Shown: positions 1 to 8,489 of the stretch, one piece after another
Position numbering within the stretch: position 1 is the stretch's first letter
Layout: each line of letters opens with the position of its first letter
IMG/VR virus record: IMGVR_UViG_3300028591_000013
Span: 39,569 to 103,568 of that record
DNA: 64,000 nucleotides
Direction: 5' to 3' (one strand)
From: a virus
Lineage: Duplodnaviria; Caudoviricetes
Made by a program: the position numbers and the translations under genes
The notes under the pieces: model-generated
The model's database searches: none
The model's input: the letters and a program-made list of their open reading frames with translations, nothing else
What the model was told of the DNA's origin: nothing

Positions 1-404
1 GTTCGAAGATAACCATATCCAGCACCGCGAGCAAGCGTTGTTACATCTGTACCTTTCCAGTTTTTACCTAGTTCGGTTTGACGATACAACGTACAAGCAT
101 AACTCATACAAATATCCTCTAGACGAGTTGCATTATCAATTGTTATATGTTTATAAAATTTACGACCAGCTTCGTCATTTTTAGCTCGAATAGCCTGAGC
201 AATCTGACCAAGGTCTTCTATCGTGCGTGCTTGTACAGCCATTGCATCAATAAAAGTAGAACCTCCTTCGAGGTCTATAATCAAATTGTTAGGTATCTGA
301 GCTACGCAGCTGGTCTTTCCTGATTTAGGCAAACCGTACAGTATCAAATACTGAGGGTTTACCGAGGTCGCAGGAACCGGTTGTGTAGGTAGTACTAAGC
401 TCAT
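1..404 (-). CDS. AAA-family ATPase (AAA_24/Sak4-like), 3' end runs off the window
   Basis: Hand translation from ATG at 404: MSLVLPTQPVPATSVNPQYLILYGLPKSGKTS...IIDLEGGS...HITIDNAT; Walker A GxxxxGKT. Absent from the ORF track because it is truncated. Confidence 0.8.
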   Translation of the reverse strand, partial: MSLVLPTQPVPATSVNPQYLILYGLPKSGKTSCVAQIPNNLIIDLEGGSTFIDAMAVQARTIEDLGQIAQAIRAKNDEAGRKFYKHITIDNATRLEDICMSYACTLYRQTELGKNWKGTDVTTLARGAGYGYLR

Positions 405-419
405 AATTGTATTACTAAA

Positions 420-923
420 TTATTTCTTAATCGTAATCTTCAGACCATCAGTGTAAATGGTAGCGATAGTCTTCTTCATACTATCACCAAGGTTGTAGAA
501 GAAGTTGTTATCCATCAGATTAAAGTAGAAAATCTGATCGTTAATGTGGATATAGTCATCGGTAATCATAATATAATCACCGTTAGACAGCTTCATCACC
601 TTATTCTTCTCAAACGGACACTTGAAAGCAAGGTTCGTCAGGAAGTTATAAGCCTTAGTGAAATTATCGTTTTTATCACCGAAAATGAAAGCATTCTCGA
701 GATCGTCACTGTTATCCTTAATCTTAATCTTGATCTTAGTATTCATAGGACACTCAGAACAAGTATTAATGGTAGCAGTGTTATAGCCATACAGCCAAGG
801 ATTCTTCTCTGCTATATCACTAGCAATAAGGTCATCAAGAACCTTAGAATAGTTTGTAGACTTATAAAAGGGACAATAAAACGTTGAAGGATTATTCTTA
901 GGATTAAAAGTATACTTTGTCAT
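420..923 (-). CDS. Hypothetical protein
   Basis: 167-aa ORF co-oriented within the replication operon. Confidence 0.7.
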   Translation of the reverse strand: MTKYTFNPKNNPSTFYCPFYKSTNYSKVLDDLIASDIAEKNPWLYGYNTATINTCSECPMNTKIKIKIKDNSDDLENAFIFGDKNDNFTKAYNFLTNLAFKCPFEKNKVMKLSNGDYIMITDDYIHINDQIFYFNLMDNNFFYNLGDSMKKTIATIYTDGLKITIKK

Positions 924-965
924 AATTCAGCCTTTCTTTTAAAATGTTAATACTTGTCCGATGCA

Positions 966-1889
966 TTAACATTCAAGGAGGTTGTTGTACATAAGGTCGT
1001 TCTCGAATTCAAGGATACAAGGCTTACCAGCATCCCTGTTCTTTAAAACGTGAATATAAACCTTGTTTTGTGTAGGTAAATGATTAGGACCATATTCTTG
1101 TATGCCCAACACCTCAGGTCGATGAATGACCAGGACATAATCTGATGCCTGGAAAATCGCATCGGACGATGACAGGTCACTTCGCATAGGATAGTGACTC
1201 ATAGGGTTATTAATCCTTTCTGGAGCTTCTATATTTCTATTCATCTGAGTAAGTTGTACTATCGATGTCATCGGTAGCTTCTTTACTTGGATAAACACTC
1301 GCTGTAATTCTGCAATTGTTTCCAATACAGAACCTATGGGCTTAGTAAGCAATGCGTGATCATATAAGATCACGAAATGCTTATTTGTACCTTTTACATG
1401 AGTATTATAGAAGTTATATATAATTTCTTGTACTTGCATGGGAGTAGTAGGACTATCTACGAAATAGATAGGATACTCCTTTAGCTGGTTGCATACTGTG
1501 ATGACTTGCCCCATTGTAGCATCATCCAGACTCATTTCTGAGCTATACAAAGTCGAAGTCGTTTTCCTGAGCTTATTTGAAAGCGTCCTTCCAACTTGCC
1601 TAAATCCAACCATCTCTAATGAGAAGTTCAATACTATTACATCTTCAGTAGGATTAAGATCTATGATATCAGTTTGGAGAAGATTAGCAAAGCTACTCTT
1701 ACCCGATCCAGAAATACCAGCTATGGTAACAACGGTATTGGGTTCAATACCTCCCATACACTGCTTATTGAACTTCTTCCATCTAGTTTTCAAGGACACA
1801 ATGTTGTGCTCTTTGCGCCCTTTGATATAGTTGATAGCTTCTTGAGCTACAACTTTCATCGAGCGTACATTAGATAATGTCTGTTCCAT
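966..1889 (-). CDS. dnaB: DnaB-like replicative helicase
   Basis: Walker A IAGISGSGKS, FSLEM, ILYDH, LTQMNR, SDL..SDAIFQASD and KNRD motifs of the SF4 helicase family. Confidence 0.9.
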   Translation of the reverse strand: MEQTLSNVRSMKVVAQEAINYIKGRKEHNIVSLKTRWKKFNKQCMGGIEPNTVVTIAGISGSGKSSFANLLQTDIIDLNPTEDVIVLNFSLEMVGFRQVGRTLSNKLRKTTSTLYSSEMSLDDATMGQVITVCNQLKEYPIYFVDSPTTPMQVQEIIYNFYNTHVKGTNKHFVILYDHALLTKPIGSVLETIAELQRVFIQVKKLPMTSIVQLTQMNRNIEAPERINNPMSHYPMRSDLSSSDAIFQASDYVLVIHRPEVLGIQEYGPNHLPTQNKVYIHVLKNRDAGKPCILEFENDLMYNNLLEC

Positions 1890-2436
1890 AAGAGTTTACT
1901 GCTTTTTGTTCAGTATCCTGCATTTCTTCCTCAATCGCTTCCCATTGTGAACGCGTTAACCAATTCCACATAGTCATCATATAGCTTAGACTACCTTCAC
2001 GCATGCGTTTAGATATCTCATAGTCGAGACACTTTATAATGTGTTCGGCCATTGCACTACTTCTTCCACATTTAGTATTGAAGAAATGACGACATTTGTT
2101 TACATTAGCTCGCAGATAAGATTTACTCCCATCTGCTCGTGTTACATACACTGGGTACATATCATAGAAGACATCAAAGTAGTCCTTCTTAGGAAGAACT
2201 GCTTCTTTAAGCTTGTCTGTCGGCTGATATGTAATTGACTCGCCGCTCTCAATCGCGGTTACTAGTTCTTGATTGACTAAGTATGATATTTCGTCGTCGC
2301 TTATAAGGCTGATAACGTTGCGGACGTCTTGATATATTGGTTGATTCTTACCCAATATCATACTTAGGAATACTAACTGATTCATAGATATACCTGGAAA
2401 CTCGTCCAGGATTTTTGTGTTTACTTCAATAATCAT
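1870..2436 (-). CDS. Putative replication initiator/helicase-loader-like protein
   Basis: Lies between polymerase and helicase; FDVFYDMYP resembles the F..FW..YP motif of phage replication proteins. Function is inferred. Confidence 0.5.
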   Translation of the reverse strand: MIIEVNTKILDEFPGISMNQLVFLSMILGKNQPIYQDVRNVISLISDDEISYLVNQELVTAIESGESITYQPTDKLKEAVLPKKDYFDVFYDMYPVYVTRADGSKSYLRANVNKCRHFFNTKCGRSSAMAEHIIKCLDYEISKRMREGSLSYMMTMWNWLTRSQWEAIEEEMQDTEQKAVNSYGTDII

Positions 2437-4376
2437 AATTGGTCATCAAATAAACTTAGTTGCTGTTCAGTGAAGTCGGCAACTATCTTTTTTGCTTCAC
2501 TGATGTAGTAACGATAGTTAATCTTTCGATCTTCTATCGGTCGATCATCAAACTTATTCAGGATAGTTACCCCTGATTTAGTTAACATATTTTGTTCGTT
2601 GTACTCAGGAACAGTATACTCACCAGCAGGTCCTGCATTTGACAATTCCCACTTATAAGTTTTTCCTGCATCTTCATTATATTTTCGTTTAAACAATGAA
2701 TATCCATTTGTACTTGCATAGAATCTATTAATGCGCTGCACTCGATTTTCTCCGTGCCACACTTCGAACTTCTTATCAACCTGTTGGCTCATAAGAAAAT
2801 CTCTGATATCTCTATCAGATTTAATAAATTCTTCTATTGGTTCTCCTTTCACAAAGTAGTTTATCACCGCCTTTGGTATAACCACAGGTGCAAGTCCTTT
2901 GCCTAACTTATTTTTTGTAATAAACATACCTTTTTCCTCTATCTCCCCGCCTTTTAAGACACCAAAGTAGTCATTAATAGCGTATTGATAGAACGCTTCG
3001 TATTCGTCAGATTCGAATTCTAGACGTGTAAGGGCTTCCACCTCCTTAATAGCGTCTGAAACAGCCTGTTTAAGGCCATTTTTAGCCCTGTAGACGACAC
3101 CATCAGTGTTGCACTGAATAATTTCACATCCAAGCTCTAAAAGCCTGTCTACGAGCAAAAGAAGGATTAACTGACCGTTAATTCTTATCCTGAAAACATT
3201 AAAAGGATCGTACATCCAACTCACTTCCTGCTGCATTTTACCAGTAGGTGAGTTGAGCACAATCTTTAGAAACAAGTTTTTAGTCTTCTGACCAGTACGT
3301 TTCGCTTCTAGCCTTTCGGCTTTCAACTGGGCAAACAGTTCGCGAAATATTTCTCCACCTTGACGGGGGCCAAATCCGTATTCGATTAGCAAACTAGGGT
3401 ACATTGACGCCACATCAGCGTGCCCTATGAACTCGTCAGCTTTAGGAAGGAATATCATTGGTGTATGTATAGTATGGATACCACCTACACCAACAGAATA
3501 TACCACATTCGAGAGAACAAACTTCTTCTCGTAGCCTTTTCGCTCCTTAGAATATACTACCTGTTTCTTCATATCTTCTAAGACGCTCTGTAACTTTGGG
3601 TTTTTGTATTTTATATATGGCAGAATTACATCCTTCAACGGAATATAATCCATAGGAGAACGCATTTCCTTTATAACATTTTTCGGAATACCTGATTTCT
3701 CACTAAATTTCTCAAGCAAGAAGGTTTCTGCCATCTTAACAGAGTCCATAGATAGACAATCGATACCGTGTTCCTGTTCAATAAACAAACGTAACTCGAT
3801 ATCTGGTTGTAGTCTATAAAATAACTCTGTAGTAGATTCAACATCGTTAATGTTGTACTCAATCATTTCATCTATCTTATCCACAGGGATAGGTAGTGTG
3901 AAATCACCGTCGTACTCCTGCACGTTTTTGTAGTGCATTGTTACTTGCATGGTCTTAAGACCTACGCGCAGTTTCTGACTAAACTGCATGGTTAGTAAAT
4001 CCATTGAATAGAAGTACTTAGCATACTTCCACCTTTTGAAGGGGATATCTCCACCTTCTTCGGATTCTATAATTTTCTGTGATAAGTTGGATACAGATTG
4101 ACAGACTCTCCACCAAGGGAGTTGATCGAGTTTATAATAATAATCGATCATATAGTTTATAATAACATCATCATAATGTTTATTGTTATATCCACAGAAC
4201 ATTCTGTCGTTGTTCTTATAAAAGAAGAAATCAACTAACTCAGTTAGCTGATTCCTTCGTTCAGATATCTCAAATTTTATGACTTTGTTGGTTTCTGTAT
4301 CTTTTACACAGCAATGGAAGCAATTGCTAAACACCTCTATGTCATATACATTTACACATAGGTCTTTAATCTTCAT
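2433..4376 (-). CDS. polB: DNA polymerase family B
   Basis: Exonuclease motifs YDIEV, GYNNKHYD and YNINDV; polymerase motifs DVASMYPS, KIVLNSPTGK and CNTDG. Confidence 0.93.
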   Translation of the reverse strand: MKIKDLCVNVYDIEVFSNCFHCCVKDTETNKVIKFEISERRNQLTELVDFFFYKNNDRMFCGYNNKHYDDVIINYMIDYYYKLDQLPWWRVCQSVSNLSQKIIESEEGGDIPFKRWKYAKYFYSMDLLTMQFSQKLRVGLKTMQVTMHYKNVQEYDGDFTLPIPVDKIDEMIEYNINDVESTTELFYRLQPDIELRLFIEQEHGIDCLSMDSVKMAETFLLEKFSEKSGIPKNVIKEMRSPMDYIPLKDVILPYIKYKNPKLQSVLEDMKKQVVYSKERKGYEKKFVLSNVVYSVGVGGIHTIHTPMIFLPKADEFIGHADVASMYPSLLIEYGFGPRQGGEIFRELFAQLKAERLEAKRTGQKTKNLFLKIVLNSPTGKMQQEVSWMYDPFNVFRIRINGQLILLLLVDRLLELGCEIIQCNTDGVVYRAKNGLKQAVSDAIKEVEALTRLEFESDEYEAFYQYAINDYFGVLKGGEIEEKGMFITKNKLGKGLAPVVIPKAVINYFVKGEPIEEFIKSDRDIRDFLMSQQVDKKFEVWHGENRVQRINRFYASTNGYSLFKRKYNEDAGKTYKWELSNAGPAGEYTVPEYNEQNMLTKSGVTILNKFDDRPIEDRKINYRYYISEAKKIVADFTEQQLSLFDDQL

Positions 4377-4526
4377 GCTTCTTTATTTTGTTGTTCCCCA
4401 CCGCCTATCGCTAGACACTCCGTTTCGCGAGGACTTGCTTGGCAATGTCCACGAAGTCCACTCAGTGAAGTGGGGTTCCTTAAACTCGGTTACGTGCTAA
4501 ACAGAGGCTGGACCGAGCCTTATGGA

Positions 4527-5465
4527 TTAAGCAGCTTTTTTCATTGCTTTCTTAGAAGCTAATGTTTGCTGCTTTGCGTTCTTAGCACCTATTAACGGAC
4601 GCTTTTGAGTTCGCTTATGGTTCAACAAGTCTGCGTCCAGAATTGTCGAATCTTTCTTCATTGCGACCTCAGCAGCTTTCTCTGCATTTTTGTACAGTTT
4701 ATCCTCGGAACTAAGTTTTGGAAATGAGACATCGTGTCCTTTTCCATTTACATCGTTAACTTCTGCTATTTTAATAGCATCCATCTTCTTGTCTTTAGAA
4801 TTAACACGATTTCCCATTATATCTAATTTGTTGTAACACGAGACGACGAAATCTCGGAAACGTTGCTCTGCATTAAAGCGACGCTGCTCCCAATCCTCTA
4901 CTTTATCGAAGAGGTCCTGATTAGGCTTTGGGTTCTTCTTGTCCCACTTCTCGAGTTTGTGGGCAACAAGTTTCTCCATATAAGCCTCTTTACACATTGG
5001 TTTGATTGTGTACGGATAGTTGGGAAAGTACTTTTGAAAATCATTGCGCTTTTCACGCTTAATCTTCTTCACGCTCTCGTCTTGTGGAGCGTATGACTTC
5101 CAGTTACTATACTTACGTGCTTTACACTTAATCAGTCGCTTAGGCTGTTTAAAACCACCTTCTGGTATTATCCATAGACTACCGCTATTTTTCTTGAATT
5201 CCTCCAGAGGAATCCAATCATACGCAGTGATAGATGCTCCATACATACCTGTTACAGTATGAGGATTGGTTTGCATAAACTTATTACCAGTAAGAGGATT
5301 GGTTATGACCATACTCTCATCAATCTTAGCTCCATAGCGCTTATGTTCTACTACTGAAGATATTGTCTTGGTAATATTACTAACGGTAAACTTGCGACTA
5401 ATGGATGCAAGTTGATTGACGTGAATTTTCACGCCTTTTATGATACGATAGTTCTTCATACTCAC
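4527..5465 (-). CDS. Hypothetical basic protein ending in KKAA
   Basis: 312-aa Lys-rich ORF. Confidence 0.75.
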   Translation of the reverse strand: MSMKNYRIIKGVKIHVNQLASISRKFTVSNITKTISSVVEHKRYGAKIDESMVITNPLTGNKFMQTNPHTVTGMYGASITAYDWIPLEEFKKNSGSLWIIPEGGFKQPKRLIKCKARKYSNWKSYAPQDESVKKIKREKRNDFQKYFPNYPYTIKPMCKEAYMEKLVAHKLEKWDKKNPKPNQDLFDKVEDWEQRRFNAEQRFRDFVVSCYNKLDIMGNRVNSKDKKMDAIKIAEVNDVNGKGHDVSFPKLSSEDKLYKNAEKAAEVAMKKDSTILDADLLNHKRTQKRPLIGAKNAKQQTLASKKAMKKAA

Positions 5466-5473
5466 CTCCTTTC

Positions 5474-6247
5474 TTATGCAGCCTTTTTAATGCCCGTAGA
5501 AGCCTTTTTCGAGGCCATAGAGACCTTCTTAGTCTTCTTCTGGGTAGTTGTACCAGCGGCCTTACGTTCGGCCTTCAGATCGGCTTTTTGAGCCTTCGAT
5601 AGAGCTGCTATATTACAGCGTTTACGGAACTTCATATATTCTTTACCTTCACGCTTTTTAATATCCATAGCAGCTTTACGAGCCTTCTTAGCGGCTTTAG
5701 CAGCAGCTTTTTTCTCAGCCTTAGTCTTTGACTTGGTCTTAGACTTATGCTGTTCTTGAACAGGCAAGATTGGTGGCTTTTTCTTCACATACGGATAGAT
5801 CTTAGATCCAGGAGTCATAATACTGCGGATAGTACCGAGAGTATCCTGGTCTGCTTCTATGTAGAAGTAGTTAGATCCCTGCATCTTCCACACAATGCCC
5901 TCATTCTTAAGAGCTTGTGTATTCATGTCCTTGTCATTAGGATTGAACGTAACGAGCACTAGATACTGATTAGGAGTATCAATCTGCTTAATCAGTTCCT
6001 CGACCTTGACCTTAGTCTGTTCTTCTGTCAATCCCATACGCTTGGCACGACGCTTCAGTGCACCAATACGGAAGTTCTTGTACTGTTCTTCACGCTCCTT
6101 TTTCAGGGCTTCCTTGTCTTTGAGCGTTTTTACTTTGCCAGTAGGAGTCTTATCCTTCTTGACGTTAACGGTTGCAAAAATATGCTTAGTATCTTGTTTT
6201 GGGGTCTGACCATTGTCAGTTGCCACCTTAAAATTCTTCTTACTCAT
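5474..6247 (-). CDS. Hypothetical Lys/Ala-rich (histone-tail-like) protein ending in KKAA
   Basis: 257-aa ORF containing KKAAAKAAKKARKAA; TATCAAAA directly before the ATG. Confidence 0.75.
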   Translation of the reverse strand: MSKKNFKVATDNGQTPKQDTKHIFATVNVKKDKTPTGKVKTLKDKEALKKEREEQYKNFRIGALKRRAKRMGLTEEQTKVKVEELIKQIDTPNQYLVLVTFNPNDKDMNTQALKNEGIVWKMQGSNYFYIEADQDTLGTIRSIMTPGSKIYPYVKKKPPILPVQEQHKSKTKSKTKAEKKAAAKAAKKARKAAMDIKKREGKEYMKFRKRCNIAALSKAQKADLKAERKAAGTTTQKKTKKVSMASKKASTGIKKAA

Positions 6248-6295
6248 TTTGATAATGTATTAAATTAAACATGTTATCTGGCCTCTTTGCCATTG

Positions 6296-6366
6296 TTGGA
6301 CCACCGAGATTCGAACTCAGACGATAGGACCCAAATTCCTATGTACTACCATTATACTATGGTCCA
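6296..6366 (-). tRNA. tRNA-Gln(UUG)
   Basis: Cloverleaf: acceptor TGGACCA/TGGTCCA, anticodon arm TAGGA-ATTTGGG-TCCTA, T arm CTGAG-TTCGAAT-CTCGG. Confidence 0.9.
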
Positions 6367-6396
6367 GTGTGGTTAGTGTCACTCTAACCTATTATT

Positions 6397-6948
6397 TTAT
6401 GCTGCCATATACATCTTGAAGTCTTCATTGCTATTATCATCGAGCTCAATTGCTGTATCAGTATTGAACTTCTCAAGCATAGCATCGAACTTATTAGCCT
6501 CAAGCTGCTGGTCATGGATCAGCTGAGCAATCTTCTCCTTAGAGAACGTCTCCTTCTGAGCCAGAGCCTTCTTACCCTTCTGTGCCTTAGTCTTCGGATC
6601 CAGAGTCTTAATCATCTTCAACAGAGTGATGTCCTCCTTAGCCTCACAGGCAGAGAAAATAGCATAATAATTAGTCTTCTTAAACTCCTCATAGTTAAAT
6701 GAGGTTGTACCCATATTCAGGTACTGAATCATGCCCTTAAGCTTGATTCGCTTCTCGCGCAACTGCTGGATAGTGTTATACAGAGCCTTGAGGTCAAAGC
6801 CCGAACCCTTACCTGCTGCTATAGCCTTGTTCGACATTACATTCTCCTCTCGGATAATGTGGCTATACTTCGTGATCTCCATATCGATCTTCTTCTTAAT
6901 ATTCAGAATATTACTTGCATTCATCTTTATCTTGATTGTCTTTGTCAT
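6397..6948 (-). CDS. Hypothetical coiled-coil protein ending in MAA
   Basis: 183-aa ORF with strongly biased codon usage. Confidence 0.75.
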   Translation of the reverse strand: MTKTIKIKMNASNILNIKKKIDMEITKYSHIIREENVMSNKAIAAGKGSGFDLKALYNTIQQLREKRIKLKGMIQYLNMGTTSFNYEEFKKTNYYAIFSACEAKEDITLLKMIKTLDPKTKAQKGKKALAQKETFSKEKIAQLIHDQQLEANKFDAMLEKFNTDTAIELDDNSNEDFKMYMAA

Positions 6949-7010
6949 AAGCGTCTTGATTTAAAAAGTGAAACATGTTAATTATCTGAATTCGAGATCA
7001 TTTACCTACG

Positions 7011-7225
7011 TAACTTATAGTGGTTGCGAGCTACTATAAGTTAAAATTAGACTATGATCTGCATATAGTCCCCCGCAGAGTCCAACAGATCATAGTCTAA
7101 TATATTTTTATTTTTGTTTTCGAATATTCTAATCAGGATGTACAATATCCAGATAGTCTAAACTAACACACGTACCACGTATAGACAAGCCCGCAGACCC
7201 TCTATACAACCCCCGCAGAGGTTTG
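7011..7225 (-). promoter_or_regulatory. Structured leader with long hairpins and three CUGCGGG motifs
   Basis: Perfect 16-bp inverted repeat at 7046-7061/7086-7101, second hairpin at 7011-7043, and CCCGCAG (plus strand) at about 7072, 7190 and 7212. Confidence 0.5.
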
Positions 7226-7236
7226 AACGTACCCGT

Positions 7237-7839
7237 TTAGTGTCGACCACCCTTCCAACGTACATTTAAGACTTCAAATACATCTCCAACAGCATCCCGA
7301 ACGGTTAGGAAACCGTCTGGGTGTGTGTGTCGAGGCTCAACCTCAACTTCGATGCCACCGGCATACGGGCATGAGTTAATATGGTGGTGAGGAGGATTAT
7401 CCTTCTTCAGTCCCTTATCACGCCAATATCCGTCATCGACTATGTGTCGACATACGTCGAAGAATCTATGGAGAATATTCTGATCCTTGCTATGAATACC
7501 CTGCAAAAGTACCTCTCGCGATAGTCCCTCTGCAATAGCTTCATGTGCTACAGGATTAGTTGTCATCTCCAGCAATGCGTCCCACACCTTGAGATAAAAA
7601 TCATCAAATGTGATGTGGTCATAACACCCTATAAGTTTATTCCAGAAACCGCTAAACCCTCCCCAAGAATACTTGGCGAAGTATATTCGCTCTTCTTTTC
7701 CGTCAATCTTATATTGTGTATATTCTCGTGCTTGAGCCATTAGTCCCAAACAGACTTTCTGTCGAATTTTCGGTTCCTTCAACAGATAGCCGATCAAGTC
7801 TTCAGCACCAAGCACTCCTTGTGCCTGGTTCTCTGCCAT
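7237..7839 (-). CDS. Hypothetical protein
   Basis: 200-aa ORF. Confidence 0.75.
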   Translation of the reverse strand: MAENQAQGVLGAEDLIGYLLKEPKIRQKVCLGLMAQAREYTQYKIDGKEERIYFAKYSWGGFSGFWNKLIGCYDHITFDDFYLKVWDALLEMTTNPVAHEAIAEGLSREVLLQGIHSKDQNILHRFFDVCRHIVDDGYWRDKGLKKDNPPHHHINSCPYAGGIEVEVEPRHTHPDGFLTVRDAVGDVFEVLNVRWKGGRH

Positions 7840-7844
7840 AGCTA

Positions 7845-8453
7845 TTATGCTTCAACAGTAACACTCACAGCACCGCTGCCCATATCAACCTCGGGCTTGA
7901 ACTTGTTGATGGCCTCCTGGTAGTCAAGAGCCTTCTTCTTGTTGGATGCGATAGTAGAACGGATAGAGTCACAATAGCGCTCAATCTGATTCTTCAGAGC
8001 AACCCAACGATCAAGCTCAGCCTGGTTCAGAGCATTGGCCTTGGTTACGGTCTTAATACCATCTGCGAATATACGTAGCTCACCACGAAGAGCGTCCTTC
8101 ATGGCGTCATCGGTAGTCTGACCGAAGGTCGAACCACCTGCCACAATCGCAGCGCGGCTCTCATCACCCATGCCCTTATTGAAGATAACTACGTTGTTAC
8201 CATCGATATCCTGGGCAAACTCCTGGCTCAGTACGCTGTGGCCAATAACGTTAATAGCGCGCGGTCCACGATTCGTAATAAGATCGGGGCTCTGTGGGTT
8301 CTGAAGAAGCTGGTTCTTTGTATCGTTGAATTTCAGATCTACATCTTTACCTTCAACTGTAAAATACTGTGCTCCCGTAGGAATCATACGGGAAATGTTC
8401 ATTACCTGACCACGAATGGGGTTCAGGTTGTTTTCCATTTCAATATTGTTCAT
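7845..8453 (-). CDS. Hypothetical protein
   Basis: 202-aa ORF with TATCAAAA upstream. Confidence 0.75.
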   Translation of the reverse strand: MNNIEMENNLNPIRGQVMNISRMIPTGAQYFTVEGKDVDLKFNDTKNQLLQNPQSPDLITNRGPRAINVIGHSVLSQEFAQDIDGNNVVIFNKGMGDESRAAIVAGGSTFGQTTDDAMKDALRGELRIFADGIKTVTKANALNQAELDRWVALKNQIERYCDSIRSTIASNKKKALDYQEAINKFKPEVDMGSGAVSVTVEA

Positions 8454-8489
8454 ATTTATGTCCTTTTTGATATCGTCAGTGATTGACTA

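Noticed and set aside
4390-4480. Hammerhead ribozyme upstream of polB
   Set aside because: CUGAGU and GAAAC are present, but not as CUGANGA-stem II-GAAA with the correct spacing.
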